Positions 9,824 to 19,650 of a stretch of DNA of 59,172 nt are shown piece by piece; positions within the stretch are counted from its first letter, which is position 1, and the number at the start of each line of letters is the position of its first letter. The notes below the pieces were generated by a model. That model was not told the DNA's origin, made no database searches, and was given only the letters and a program-made list of their open reading frames with translations. The position numbers and the translations under genes are program-made. The DNA lies in NCBI GenBank assembly GCA_052387335.1, contig JBQTJH010000080.1:1-59172 (forward strand). The letters run 5' to 3'. The DNA comes from Panacagrimonas sp. GTDB lineage: Bacteria > Pseudomonadota > Gammaproteobacteria > Nevskiales > Nevskiaceae.

Positions 9824-10576
9824 ATGCCCGTGCTCGAGCTCTATACCTTTCGCATGTCGCACTTCAGCGAAAAGATTCGCTGGAGTCTGGACGCTGCGGG
9901 TATCGAATACCGGGAAATCTGCTGGACGCCGTTCTTCCACGTGCTGCCAGCGCTGCGACACGGTCGCATTGGCACCACCGTACCCATCCTCAGGCATGGC
10001 GGCGGCTATGTGCAGGACAGCACCCGCATCCTGATGTGGCTGGACCACAACATGCCCGGCTTTAATCTGCTGCCGCGGGATGCGGACCGGCGCCGACAGG
10101 TGCTGGAGCTGGAAGCCCGCTTCGACCGCGTGGGCGCGCACGTCATCCGATACGCCTACAGCGGCATCCTCGACGACGCCGAAGCGGTGACACGGCTATG
10201 GACACTGGACGCCAACCCGGTGCAAACGCGCGTCATCCGCAGCGCGTTTCCGCTGCTGCGCGCGGTGTTCCGCCGCAAGTTCGGTTTTGATCCCACGCGG
10301 GTGGCGCGTTCGCGCCAGGCCATCGCGGAGACGCTGGATGTTCTGGAGACGCATCTGGCCGACGGCCGTGAGTTTCTGGTCGGCGACAGCCTCAGCGTTG
10401 CCGACATCACCGCCTGCGCCCTTCTGGCGCCATTGGTTGGGCCGGATCAACACGAGGTCTATTCGCGCGAGGATTTTCGCGCTGCGTTGGCGCCACAGGT
10501 GTCGGACTGGTTGCACAGACCCGCAGCGCAATGGCTGCGTCGGCGCTATCAGACGCGACACGAAGTCCCAGCGTAG
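9824..10576 (+). CDS. Glutathione S-transferase family protein
   Basis: SHFSEKIRWSLD, TVPIL, QDSTRI, FLVGDSLSVADIT. Confidence 0.88.
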   Translation: MPVLELYTFRMSHFSEKIRWSLDAAGIEYREICWTPFFHVLPALRHGRIGTTVPILRHGGGYVQDSTRILMWLDHNMPGFNLLPRDADRRRQVLELEARFDRVGAHVIRYAYSGILDDAEAVTRLWTLDANPVQTRVIRSAFPLLRAVFRRKFGFDPTRVARSRQAIAETLDVLETHLADGREFLVGDSLSVADITACALLAPLVGPDQHEVYSREDFRAALAPQVSDWLHRPAAQWLRRRYQTRHEVPA

Positions 10577-10624
10577 GCCTGCGCGTGACAGCGCCTTAAT
10601 GCGCCCCGTCTTTCCGGATCGACT

Positions 10625-11878
10625 TCAGCCCGGCTCGCGGATCCAGCGCAGCAGCTGCTGATACACCTCGGGATGATTGAGCAGGCGCAGGTGGTCGAGC
10701 TGCGCGCGCATGGCGCCCTCGGCACCGGCCACGTCCAGCGCCAGGCTGCTGCTCAGCGGCACCAGCCCATCGCCCAAGCTGCGACTCACCGGATGCTGCG
10801 GGTCCTGCATCAGACAGGTACCCAGAAAGCGATACCGCACGCCGGGCAAGGGCGCGGACTGCAGACGATCCTGGGTCCAGAACGCGTCGGGATCGCGATG
10901 CTTCCACTCGGCGCGCTGGGTGTAGCCCCAGCGCAGATCCTTGATGCCGCGGCTGCGTGAATCGAGCAGACGCGCGATCGGCCGCGACAGCGGCAAGCGC
11001 TGCATCAGATGCGTGGCCAGGTGCACACCGCGCTCCAGCGGCGCGCCCAGATGCGGCGTCCCCAAGCAGACGATCTGACGCAGCGATGCGATCCAGGGTG
11101 CCGCGCGAGTCGCACCGATATCGGCTGCGGAGCGCGCCACCAGACCGCCCATGCTGTGTCCGATCAGCACAATCTCCCGCAGCGGCACCGGCCAGTTCGC
11201 CTGCAGTTGATCGAGCATCCGTGCACAGGCGCGGCCATTGATGGAGACGTGCAGCCCGCTGTTGTAGCGCAGGTAGATCGGCGTGTAGCCGGCGTCCTGA
11301 AACAGTCGTGAGCCATAGGGCTGCGTCTGCGCGTCATTCGGCTGCGCATACAGCTTCCACACGCGCTCGTTGCCGCACAGGCCGTGCAGGAACACCGCGA
11401 CTCTCGCCGTGGCCTGCGGGAAACCCGCAGCCAGACTCGCCGCGTCCGGACGCAGGCGTCGGCCGTCCTGATAAATCCCGAAGCGCACCGCCAAGGGATT
11501 GCGCCGCGTGGCCATGTGATCACCCACAAACCCGCTCAGGATCGACACCGCGTCATCAGCAGCACCTGCAGCGCCCGCCCGCGGCAGCGCGATGGGCCGT
11601 GCCCGCTCGACATGGCGCAGCGCGGTGTCGGCCGCCGCAAAGATCAGCCGGCCGGTCTGGCGAACCGAGGCATACACGCCATCGGTCACCCCATCGTGCA
11701 CCACGCGCGTCGCCTCACTGCCGCTGCGCACACCCGGAATCACGCGCAAGGTCTTGAAGGGCAGATTGGAGATGGCGCGATGGAACTCATGGACGCGCGC
11801 CGTCAGGTGATCAAAGGCCTCGGCTGCCAGCATCAAGCCTCCGCGTGCGCGTGCGCTCAGGGCGGTAAAGCGGGACAT
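10625..11878 (-). CDS. Alpha/beta hydrolase (lipase/PGAP1-like)
   Basis: FLHGLC, GHSMGG nucleophile elbow, LGTPHLGAPLE, GDGLVP, C-terminal His. GGAG RBS before ATG 11878. Confidence 0.88.
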   Translation of the reverse strand: MSRFTALSARARGGLMLAAEAFDHLTARVHEFHRAISNLPFKTLRVIPGVRSGSEATRVVHDGVTDGVYASVRQTGRLIFAAADTALRHVERARPIALPRAGAAGAADDAVSILSGFVGDHMATRRNPLAVRFGIYQDGRRLRPDAASLAAGFPQATARVAVFLHGLCGNERVWKLYAQPNDAQTQPYGSRLFQDAGYTPIYLRYNSGLHVSINGRACARMLDQLQANWPVPLREIVLIGHSMGGLVARSAADIGATRAAPWIASLRQIVCLGTPHLGAPLERGVHLATHLMQRLPLSRPIARLLDSRSRGIKDLRWGYTQRAEWKHRDPDAFWTQDRLQSAPLPGVRYRFLGTCLMQDPQHPVSRSLGDGLVPLSSSLALDVAGAEGAMRAQLDHLRLLNHPEVYQQLLRWIREPG

Positions 11879-11976
11879 GCGGATCTCCGGTTTCTGACAA
11901 CCAATGCTGCGCGGTCGCTGCCCTCCCTGCCAGTGCCCGGCCGCCAGCGCGCTTGGTCTGTACTGCGCGATCCGGT

Positions 11977-14900
11977 TCAGCGCGCCGCTTCGCCCTGCTG
12001 CACCAACCAGCGCGGCACTTGCTCTGCCGGAATCGGCGCGACGAAGGCCGTGCCCGCACCCAGACGACAACCCTGCGTGGTCAGCCATTCACGTGCATCC
12101 GCGCTGATGACGCCGCTGGCCATCACCGGCACGCCCATACCCTTGGCACTGAGCAGCGCCAGGCGCGTGCGCTCGGTGGCTTGCTCGTCCTGCGGCAGAC
12201 CCGCTAATTCCTCACCGTCCAGGACCACCAGATCCAGCGGCATCCCTTCGGCGCGATTCAGTGCAGTGAATACCGACTGGGCCGAGCCGCGCAGCGCAAA
12301 GCGAATACCGCGCTCCAGCAGCCGACGCGTGAGCGCAAGCGGTGCATCGCGTGCCTCGCCCAGACCTTCACTGCTGAGCGCAAACATCAGCCGCCGCGGC
12401 GGCACTTGATGACGCTCCATCAGTTCGAACACGTGCAGGCTGAAATCCGGGTCCTTGAGCTGCCAGCCGGAAATCTGCACCAGCACGGGTATCGGAGGAG
12501 CGTCTAAAGCTCCGACGGGAGCGTCTGCAGCACCGCGATCCGTCTCGACCGCTGTGTTCGGCGGCAGCAGGCTGCAGGCGCGATACACCAGCCACAGCTC
12601 CAGGTCAGACAGCATCCCGGCACGGCCAGCGGCGGCGAGCACCTCGCCCCCTGCAATCCGACCCTGCCGCGGGTGCTGCCAGAAGAAATCCAGCAACAGC
12701 GCGCCGAGTTGCTGCCCGCTCATGTCGAAGGCCGGTAGCGCCGCAACTTCAAACTGCTGCATCGCCAGCGCCGACTGCAAGCTGCGTTCAAGTTCGAGCC
12801 GACGCCGCTTCTCCGGCGGCACCTCAACGCTGTACACGCGATACTGCCCCGGCCCGGACTGCTTGGCCTGATACATCGCCGCGTCGGCATGACGCAGCAG
12901 GCCTTCGGCATCGCTTTCGTCCAGCGGATACAGCGCCACACCCACGCTGGGCGTGATGCGCAGCTCGTGCTCGGGAATCTCGAAGCGCGCCTCGAAGACC
13001 TGCAGGATCTTGCGCGCCAGGCCCTCAGCGTCATCCAGACCGCGCAGACCCTGTGCCACGATCACAAACTCGTCGCCACCGAGTCGCGCCACCGTATCGA
13101 TTTCGCGCAACACACCGGCCAGACGTCGCGAGGCCAGCTCCAGCACCACGTCGCCGACCTCGTGGCCATAGGTATCGTTGATCTGCTTGAAGCGATCCAG
13201 GTCCACAAAGAACACCGCTACCAAGCGGTTGGAGCGGCTGGCGCCGAGCAGCGCCTGACGCAAGCGGTCGAGCAGGGTGGCGCGATTGGGCAGACCGGTC
13301 AGCGGATCGTGATGCGCCAGGTAGCGCAGTTGATCTTCCTGCGCCTGGCGCTCGGTGATGTCTACGGCGATGGCCATGAACATCGGCGGTTCTTCATCGC
13401 GTGAAAAATTCAGCCGTACTTCCACCGGATAACGACTACCGTCGGCCCGCACATGCTTGCAGCGATAGGTAATGTGGTCGCGCTCGCCGCCGCGCAGGCT
13501 GGCGAGGTAGCTCAGATAGGTCTCGGGCTCAAGCTCCTGACTGATAGCCAGCGGCGTCAGGCGGTTGATGTCGTTGGCGGCGTACCCCAGATTGCGCCGC
13601 GCGCCGCGATTGACCTCGACGAAGTACAGCGACTGCGCGTCGAAGATGTAGACCTCCTCGGCCGCCGCGTCGAGCAAACGCCCCAAGCGCTGCGACAGGT
13701 TGTCGGTGCGCGTGCGCTCGGTGATGTCGCGCGCAATGACCACCAGGCCGTCCGCGCCCTCTGCGGTCATGGGCTGTACCACCAGCTCGACCGGAAAGGT
13801 GGTGGCGTCCTTGCGCCAGCCCACGACTTTGGGCAAACGGCTTTGATGACGCCCGCCTATATAGTCGGTCAGGTGCAGACCAGGCGTGTTGAGAAACGGC
13901 ACCGGCATTAGCCGAGTCAGGCTGACCCCGTCGAGCTCGTCGCGGGCATAGCCAAACATGCGCAGCGCACGCGCATTGGCAAAGCGGATCACGCCCGCGG
14001 TATCGGTGGTGAGCACGCCTTCGACCAGATGATCGATCACGCTCAAGGACAAGCGCGACTGGCGCTTGAGCTGATCGATCAGCTCGCGTCGATCATCGAT
14101 GATGTGGAACACCATGGCCGCGCCGTTGGCTGGCGCGCCGGCGCGGTCACGCAAGCGCGCGGCCATGACTTCGATGGCGTACACGGCGCCGGAGCGCGAA
14201 CGCACCCAGAGTTCGGCCGGTTCGTATTCGCGGTTCTCGCGCAGGCTGGTTTCCGCCGGCGTGATCAGCGGCGAGCGCTGATCATCCAGCGGATGAAACA
14301 CCGAATACACCAGGCGACCGCGCGCATCGTCGACCGACCAGCCGGTGATCTCGGCCGCGGTGCGGTTCATGAAGCGCACGCGAGCGTCGCGATCGACCAC
14401 GATCAGCGCACGCTTGAGCGAATCCAGGGCATGCACGCCGTGCTCGCGCAGCGACTCGACGATCTCGGTTTCCTCTATGTCGTCCGCAGCATCCGGCTCG
14501 TCGCGCTCGATCAGGGTCTGGCCGCGCGCCAGCAGGCGCGGATCGGCTTCCACCGGCCGTCGCGACACCAGATACCCAAGCGCGCCGAAGCTGGGCAGCG
14601 CCAACAGCAGCCCCAGCCAGCCGGCCAGACGCAGCTCACTGAGCGCGCTTTCACGCACGTCCTTGGCCAGACGCGGCGACACCGCGTACTGAACCTGGCC
14701 AATGCGGGCGCCGGACCGCGCCAGCGGCAAGCTACCCGGCTCGCTGGTGAACCGATACAGCCAGCCGCGCAGCTGCTGGCGCGCGAGCGTGGACAACAGC
14801 GGCACAGCCAGACGCTCGAATCGACCGTCCACCGCCAGGGTGGTGCCGGCCGCATCGGTGACCGCCAGATAGGTCAGACCCAGGTCGGCGTCGCGGACCA

Positions 14901-15132
14901 AGCGGCGCACCTGGCGCACCAAGGCCTCGCCGCCACCGGCCGCCACCAACGGCGCCAGGACCTGCTCGGCCGTACCCAGTGCATGGCCGCGATTGAGTTG
15001 ATGCTGAAGATCACCGGCCTTGATCAGCGCCCGCACCGACAGGACGCCGAGCAGCGCCGCGGCCAGCAGGCCGAGCGCCAGCGCGAGGGTCTTCGGATCA
15101 ATTCCTACTTTTTCTTGTGGCACCAGCGGCAA
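11977..15132 (-). CDS. Membrane-anchored PAS-PAS-PAS-GGDEF diguanylate cyclase with degenerate EAL domain
   Basis: Two TM segments, three PAS-like repeats, HDPLTGLPNR, DLDRFKQIND, REID-TVARL-GGDEF. C-terminal EAL-like region lacks EAL and DDFGTG. Start uncertain (TTG 15132 or GTG 15123). Confidence 0.88.
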   Translation of the reverse strand: MPLVPQEKVGIDPKTLALALGLLAAALLGVLSVRALIKAGDLQHQLNRGHALGTAEQVLAPLVAAGGGEALVRQVRRLVRDADLGLTYLAVTDAAGTTLAVDGRFERLAVPLLSTLARQQLRGWLYRFTSEPGSLPLARSGARIGQVQYAVSPRLAKDVRESALSELRLAGWLGLLLALPSFGALGYLVSRRPVEADPRLLARGQTLIERDEPDAADDIEETEIVESLREHGVHALDSLKRALIVVDRDARVRFMNRTAAEITGWSVDDARGRLVYSVFHPLDDQRSPLITPAETSLRENREYEPAELWVRSRSGAVYAIEVMAARLRDRAGAPANGAAMVFHIIDDRRELIDQLKRQSRLSLSVIDHLVEGVLTTDTAGVIRFANARALRMFGYARDELDGVSLTRLMPVPFLNTPGLHLTDYIGGRHQSRLPKVVGWRKDATTFPVELVVQPMTAEGADGLVVIARDITERTRTDNLSQRLGRLLDAAAEEVYIFDAQSLYFVEVNRGARRNLGYAANDINRLTPLAISQELEPETYLSYLASLRGGERDHITYRCKHVRADGSRYPVEVRLNFSRDEEPPMFMAIAVDITERQAQEDQLRYLAHHDPLTGLPNRATLLDRLRQALLGASRSNRLVAVFFVDLDRFKQINDTYGHEVGDVVLELASRRLAGVLREIDTVARLGGDEFVIVAQGLRGLDDAEGLARKILQVFEARFEIPEHELRITPSVGVALYPLDESDAEGLLRHADAAMYQAKQSGPGQYRVYSVEVPPEKRRRLELERSLQSALAMQQFEVAALPAFDMSGQQLGALLLDFFWQHPRQGRIAGGEVLAAAGRAGMLSDLELWLVYRACSLLPPNTAVETDRGAADAPVGALDAPPIPVLVQISGWQLKDPDFSLHVFELMERHQVPPRRLMFALSSEGLGEARDAPLALTRRLLERGIRFALRGSAQSVFTALNRAEGMPLDLVVLDGEELAGLPQDEQATERTRLALLSAKGMGVPVMASGVISADAREWLTTQGCRLGAGTAFVAPIPAEQVPRWLVQQGEAAR

Positions 15133-15162
15133 CCCCTGGTCGCGCCGCGGTCGCGCGTTTGA

Positions 15163-15176
15163 TTGATTCTAGTCAA
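15163..15176. promoter_or_regulatory. CRP/FNR-like palindrome in the divergent DGC/tadE intergenic region
   Basis: TTGAT-TCTA-GTCAA, one mismatch to TTGAT-N4-ATCAA, within GATTGA-N6-TCAATC. Confidence 0.35.
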
Positions 15177-15340
15177 TCCCTGCCGTCAGGGATCAATTTC
15201 GACGCCTGCTGTAGCGCGAGCAAGCGCGATGAGCGGTAGCCTTACCGCGGATGATCGGCATAAAGTTTTTACGAGCATCCGTTATCGTCTCAACGGGTCG
15301 ATCCACCCGAGTTCCAACAGGCCCTCAGGCAAGCCCACGG

Positions 15341-15898
15341 ATGAGCGTCAGCAAAAAAAATGGCAGCCCCGGCATGCAGCGCCAGCAAGGCGGTGCGTAT
15401 GCGGTGGAGTACGCCATCGTCTTCCCGATTTTTTTCATGCTGCTGTACGGCACGCTGGCCTACGGCACCATCTTCACCATGCGCCTGGGTCTGCAACACG
15501 CGGCCGAAGAAGGTGCGCGAGCAGCGCTGCGCTATCAGCCTCAACCTGCTGACGCAGAGCCTGACGCGCCGCTCATTCCGCAGATCACGCTGAGGGAAAA
15601 TGCAGCCGAGGTGGTGGCTCGCGTCCGCGCGAGCTGGATCAATGACCTCGGCACCTTGGATGTTAAAAAAGACATCTGCCCAACTACACCTGGCACTGAC
15701 TGCCTGCCCCCATCGGGCACGTTGCTGAACGACAACCTTGACTGCGGGGACACGGGCTGCCAAGTCATCGTGACCGTGACCTATCCGTATTCGACTCACC
15801 CGGTATTTCCGTCCATCCCCGGCTTCGGGCTGTTATTTCCGGAGCAGCTACAGGGCCGCGCCAGAGCCTTGATCGATGGTCGGGCGCTAGACCTATGA
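15341..15898 (+). CDS. tadE: TadE-like pseudopilin
   Basis: GAYAVEYAIVFP (G/xxxxE pilin motif), TM helix, AAEEGARAA. Alternative start at 15374. Confidence 0.85.
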   Translation: MSVSKKNGSPGMQRQQGGAYAVEYAIVFPIFFMLLYGTLAYGTIFTMRLGLQHAAEEGARAALRYQPQPADAEPDAPLIPQITLRENAAEVVARVRASWINDLGTLDVKKDICPTTPGTDCLPPSGTLLNDNLDCGDTGCQVIVTVTYPYSTHPVFPSIPGFGLLFPEQLQGRARALIDGRALDL

Positions 15899-16404
15899 GA
15901 TCTCACTCGCAACGCGTTACCGAAGCTGGCGCGGCAGCTATGGAATTTGCGCTGGTATTTCCGGTGGTCTTCCTCATGCTCTACGGGCTGATCACCTTTG
16001 GCGCGGTGCTCTATACCCAGATGGCTGTGGCGCGTGCAGTAACCGATGGCGCACGAGCAGTGCAACTTCTGCCAGCACTAACCGATGCCGTGGCCAGAAA
16101 AACTAGCATCGAGGATGAGATCATCGAATCGCTCGCGGCCTCGGCCATTGCCCCGTCCAATGTAAATCAGACACTGGAGTCGCGTCGTGGATGGATGGCA
16201 GCCAACGTGCGCTCGCGCATCACCGTGACCGAGGCCGGCTGTGTCGGGGATATTGTCGGCACCTGCGCCACCATTACTCTGGCTTTCCCATACGGCGACG
16301 CTGACGGTACGCGTATTTTTCCTTCGATTACGTTTCCCGGAATCGGTGGCACTGAAACCTGGATTCCGGATTCTTTAGTCTCCAAAGCGACCGTGCGGCT
16401 CTGA
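15895..16404 (+). CDS. TadE/TadF-like pseudopilin
   Basis: GAAAMEFALVFP, AVTDGARA. ATGA overlap with the upstream gene. Confidence 0.85.
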   Translation: MRSHSQRVTEAGAAAMEFALVFPVVFLMLYGLITFGAVLYTQMAVARAVTDGARAVQLLPALTDAVARKTSIEDEIIESLAASAIAPSNVNQTLESRRGWMAANVRSRITVTEAGCVGDIVGTCATITLAFPYGDADGTRIFPSITFPGIGGTETWIPDSLVSKATVRL

Positions 16405-16409
16405 CTCCC

Positions 16410-18431
16410 ATGATTCCTCAAGTCCAAGTCGTCCCGCGTTCGCGTCAGTGCGGCTCCGTTCTGGTCAATGTCGCGGCGGGAATGTCAGCAATGGTCGTTC
16501 TACTTTCAGTGATCGACCTTGGGTTTCTTTACTTCCATCAGCGCGAGTACCAGAAGGCAGCGGACCTCGGCGCGCTCGCTGGCGCGCAGCTACTGAGCAT
16601 CAATTGCGATGACGCGAAGGCGAGCGCTGAAGACAACGTGGATCAGAATCTGCTGGGGCGCGCTGCCACCGTCAATCTCCTGGAGTGCGGCACGTGGAGC
16701 CCGACGACCACGCCCTTCTTCACCCAAGGCGATGAAGGCGCGAACGCCATTCGGGTCACTGTTCTGGGTAGCGCGCCGCGTTTTCTGCCATTTATTGGTG
16801 ACCGCCAATTGAGTGCTAACGCCACCGCCGTGCTCGGCGATCCGGTCGCCGCGTTCTCGGTGGGGACTCGGACTGCGCGATCCGACGGAGGCATTCTCGG
16901 CTCGGTACTCGCGGTTCCCGGTCTGAATCTCTCCGGCACCACTTTGTTGGCCTATGACGGGCTGGCCGACGTCGCGATCACTCCCGGAGGACTGCTAGAG
17001 GAACTTGGCATCCCGGTGGCAGGCGATATCGGAATCGGCGATTTCAACAACCTGCTCGCCGCTGAAAATGTCAGTCTCGGTGAGCTGCTCGATGCCACGG
17101 TTCGTGCGGCGGGCCAGGACGGATTGCTGGCCACCAATACCAGTCTGTTGAGCCAGCTGGCTTTGACACCTGGTCTGGAGAATTTAGCGGTGCAGCTGGG
17201 TTCGGAGTCGGGCGGTGGCGGACTCTTTGCCGAAGTGATCGCGTCCGGAAACAACCTGCAATCGGCTCTCGACGTCGGCATTAGCGCGCTAGACATCATC
17301 AGCACCGGGATTGCGGTGGCGACTGGTCAGCGCGCCATCGACGTGCCGAGCCTGAATCTCAACCTGTTGGGTCTGGCCACGGTCACCACGCAGGTGGGGC
17401 TAGTGGAACCGCCATCAATTGCGATCGGTGGGTTGGGCACCAACGCGATCTGCGACATAGATGAAGACTGCCCCACCGCTTATTCCGCACAGGTACGGAC
17501 CTACATCCGGGTGCGGACCAACCCCGGTCTGCTTGGTTCCTTGCTCAAGCTCGACCTGCCCATCGTGCTCGATCTGACCTCGGCAACGGGGCAGCTCGAG
17601 CGCCTGTGCGGAGCCCTACCACCGGAGCCAGACGGGCTCGACCGCGGCCGGGTTGCGGTTAACTCTGCGGTGGTCAAGGGATGCGTCGGGCAGATTGCCC
17701 CAGCTGACCTCTTCTCTAAGGCGCGTGCCTGCGACGAAAACCTGCAGCCGATGGAACTGCTCAATGTCGCGGGATTGATCACCCTGCCCAACAACTCGCT
17801 GCAGCTTGACGGCCTTACCGGCTCTGGCTCGCCGGAGCTCGCCGTCGGACAAACCGAAACGGTGGGGACTGAGCTTGATGTGGGAACGCTGACCTCGGAG
17901 CTGGTGGACGAACTCAGCGGCCTGCTGTTTGATGGTGGCATGCCGACACCCAGTGGTGCCGATGTCACGGCAACCGCAACCGCAATTTTTAATGACACTG
18001 CTTCGATCTGCAGCGCAGATACCCGGGCTTGCCGCGAGCAGCGCCTTGCTGCCGCTGAAGATCGCATCACGGACGCAGGCGCCAACAGTGGACTGGTTTC
18101 AGGTCTGCTTAATGGCGTCACGAGCTTGCTCACCAATCTCCTTTCCGGCAACGGCTGCACTTCCAGCGGCCTTCTCGGACTTGGGCCAGGGAGCAACGCA
18201 GGCTGTATCACCCTGCTGGCAGACGCGCTGGATAATCAAAGTACCAGCGCGGATGGTGGACTGCTCTCGAACACGCTAGCGGTACTCGTGGGCATCCTTC
18301 AGCCGGTGCTCGATGCCTTGGGGTCTCTAGTCCTGCAACCCCTGTTGACCCAGTTGGGTTTGTTCGTGGGCGAAACCGACGTCAACATGCTGGCAATCGA
18401 CTGCGGCGGCGCACCCACCCTCGTCGACTAG
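16410..18431 (+). CDS. tadG: TadG-like pilus assembly/adhesin protein
   Basis: N-terminal TM with IDLG....REYQKAADLGALAGA Tad motif, NAIRVTV, long Leu/Gly-rich Cys-containing C-terminus. Confidence 0.82.
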   Translation: MIPQVQVVPRSRQCGSVLVNVAAGMSAMVVLLSVIDLGFLYFHQREYQKAADLGALAGAQLLSINCDDAKASAEDNVDQNLLGRAATVNLLECGTWSPTTTPFFTQGDEGANAIRVTVLGSAPRFLPFIGDRQLSANATAVLGDPVAAFSVGTRTARSDGGILGSVLAVPGLNLSGTTLLAYDGLADVAITPGGLLEELGIPVAGDIGIGDFNNLLAAENVSLGELLDATVRAAGQDGLLATNTSLLSQLALTPGLENLAVQLGSESGGGGLFAEVIASGNNLQSALDVGISALDIISTGIAVATGQRAIDVPSLNLNLLGLATVTTQVGLVEPPSIAIGGLGTNAICDIDEDCPTAYSAQVRTYIRVRTNPGLLGSLLKLDLPIVLDLTSATGQLERLCGALPPEPDGLDRGRVAVNSAVVKGCVGQIAPADLFSKARACDENLQPMELLNVAGLITLPNNSLQLDGLTGSGSPELAVGQTETVGTELDVGTLTSELVDELSGLLFDGGMPTPSGADVTATATAIFNDTASICSADTRACREQRLAAAEDRITDAGANSGLVSGLLNGVTSLLTNLLSGNGCTSSGLLGLGPGSNAGCITLLADALDNQSTSADGGLLSNTLAVLVGILQPVLDALGSLVLQPLLTQLGLFVGETDVNMLAIDCGGAPTLVD

Positions 18432-18651
18432 ACCCTGGGCAGCGAGCTAGCGGCTCGATCATGCGAATCATCCCTAGCGCCACAGCTACCGAGCAGCGGG
18501 GGCTACAGCTGACTGAGTCCGCGTCCTTCAGAAACAATTCTCATTGTTCGATCTGCGCCAAGTCGCGAGACGCAGTGACTGGAGAACCACATGGCGTGAC
18601 CCTCGTGTACCAAGCCCGGGTGCACCCCGGGCCAACCCTGCGCCGATCCAA

Positions 18652-18945
18652 CTATCGGCCACCAAACAGTTCGGCATGCGTGCCGGTGCGGACCCAGACG
18701 ATTTCATCGCCGCGCTCGATGTAGATCAGCAGCCAATCGGCGGCGAGGTGGCACTCCATATGGCCTCGCCAATCAACCCGGCCGACACCAAGCGGGTGGG
18801 GACTCCACGCAGCGGGCAGCGGCTCACCGGCAAGGAAGAGGTCTGCGGCGTAATCCAAGGTCTCGAAGTTGAAGTCAGGGCCGATTCTTCGCGGCAATCC
18901 CTTCATATCGCGACGAAACGAGTCGCGCAGCCGAACCGATTTCAC
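18652..18945 (-). CDS. yafQ: YafQ/RelE-family mRNA interferase toxin
   Basis: SFRRDMK, HPL, ECHLAADWLLIY, RTGTHAELF (YafQ His/Asp/Phe residues). Confidence 0.88.
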   Translation of the reverse strand: MKSVRLRDSFRRDMKGLPRRIGPDFNFETLDYAADLFLAGEPLPAAWSPHPLGVGRVDWRGHMECHLAADWLLIYIERGDEIVWVRTGTHAELFGGR

Positions 18946-19166
18946 ACCAAGGTTCGCAGATGCGCCTTTAATTTAGCGGGATCGATGAACACTCGATCAC
19001 CCTGAGTTCCCTTGCGCGCAATAGCGCGTCGAGTCTTCGCATTGGGGATCGACGTGGCGGCATGCTCGATTAGGGCATCAACGGCCGCTCTGGTGGTGGG
19101 CTGTCCGGTGGCCTGGCGCAGTGCCCTTCCCTGCTCTTTATCGATAACGACCGTAACGGTTTCCAT
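18942..19166 (-). CDS. Putative antitoxin
   Basis: 74 aa, GTGA overlap with the toxin start, GAGG RBS, beta-helix-helix-like N-terminus and DinJ/RelB-like PNAKTRRAI. Confidence 0.75.
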   Translation of the reverse strand: METVTVVIDKEQGRALRQATGQPTTRAAVDALIEHAATSIPNAKTRRAIARKGTQGDRVFIDPAKLKAHLRTLV

Positions 19167-19339
19167 TGATGCACCTCAAAACCTCGCGTTTGATCAATTG
19201 TAGCGAACGCGCCAGTTATCGAGATTTCTGGTCCAGCGTTGCCCAGGTGCAGCGCAGGTTGCACCTGGACTATAGCCACTTGATCTGACGCCCGTCTGGG
19301 CCTGCGTCGGCGATCAAACCCCATCAATGAAACCGCTAC

Positions 19340-19630
19340 TTACTCGCCGCCACCACCCGAAAGAAAGCCCTCACGCCCCAGCTCGTTCGGGATCGGCGTG
19401 CTGAAGCTGTTGGCGTAACGCTCGTAGCTGCGGTCGGCAATCTCGCCCGGCAGCGGTCGTGGCGTCGGCGATGCGGCCGTGCCGCTCTTCTGCAGTTCAA
19501 GCCAGGCTTCGGCCGCGCTGGTCGATTTGGGTTCGGGCGTCGATTCCTGCGCGCCCACCAGCGTCACCGCGCCGAAGCTCAGACCTAGTGCCAGCAGTGA
19601 CTTGGACAAGGAGATGGACTTGATCATCAA
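19340..19630 (-). CDS. DUF3613-like Tad-associated secreted protein
   Basis: Signal peptide, WLELQKSG.AAS, YERYANSFSTPIP; last gene of the tad operon. Confidence 0.8.
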   Translation of the reverse strand: MMIKSISLSKSLLALGLSFGAVTLVGAQESTPEPKSTSAAEAWLELQKSGTAASPTPRPLPGEIADRSYERYANSFSTPIPNELGREGFLSGGGGE

Positions 19631-19650
19631 TGTTCTCCGCGAAATGCGCT

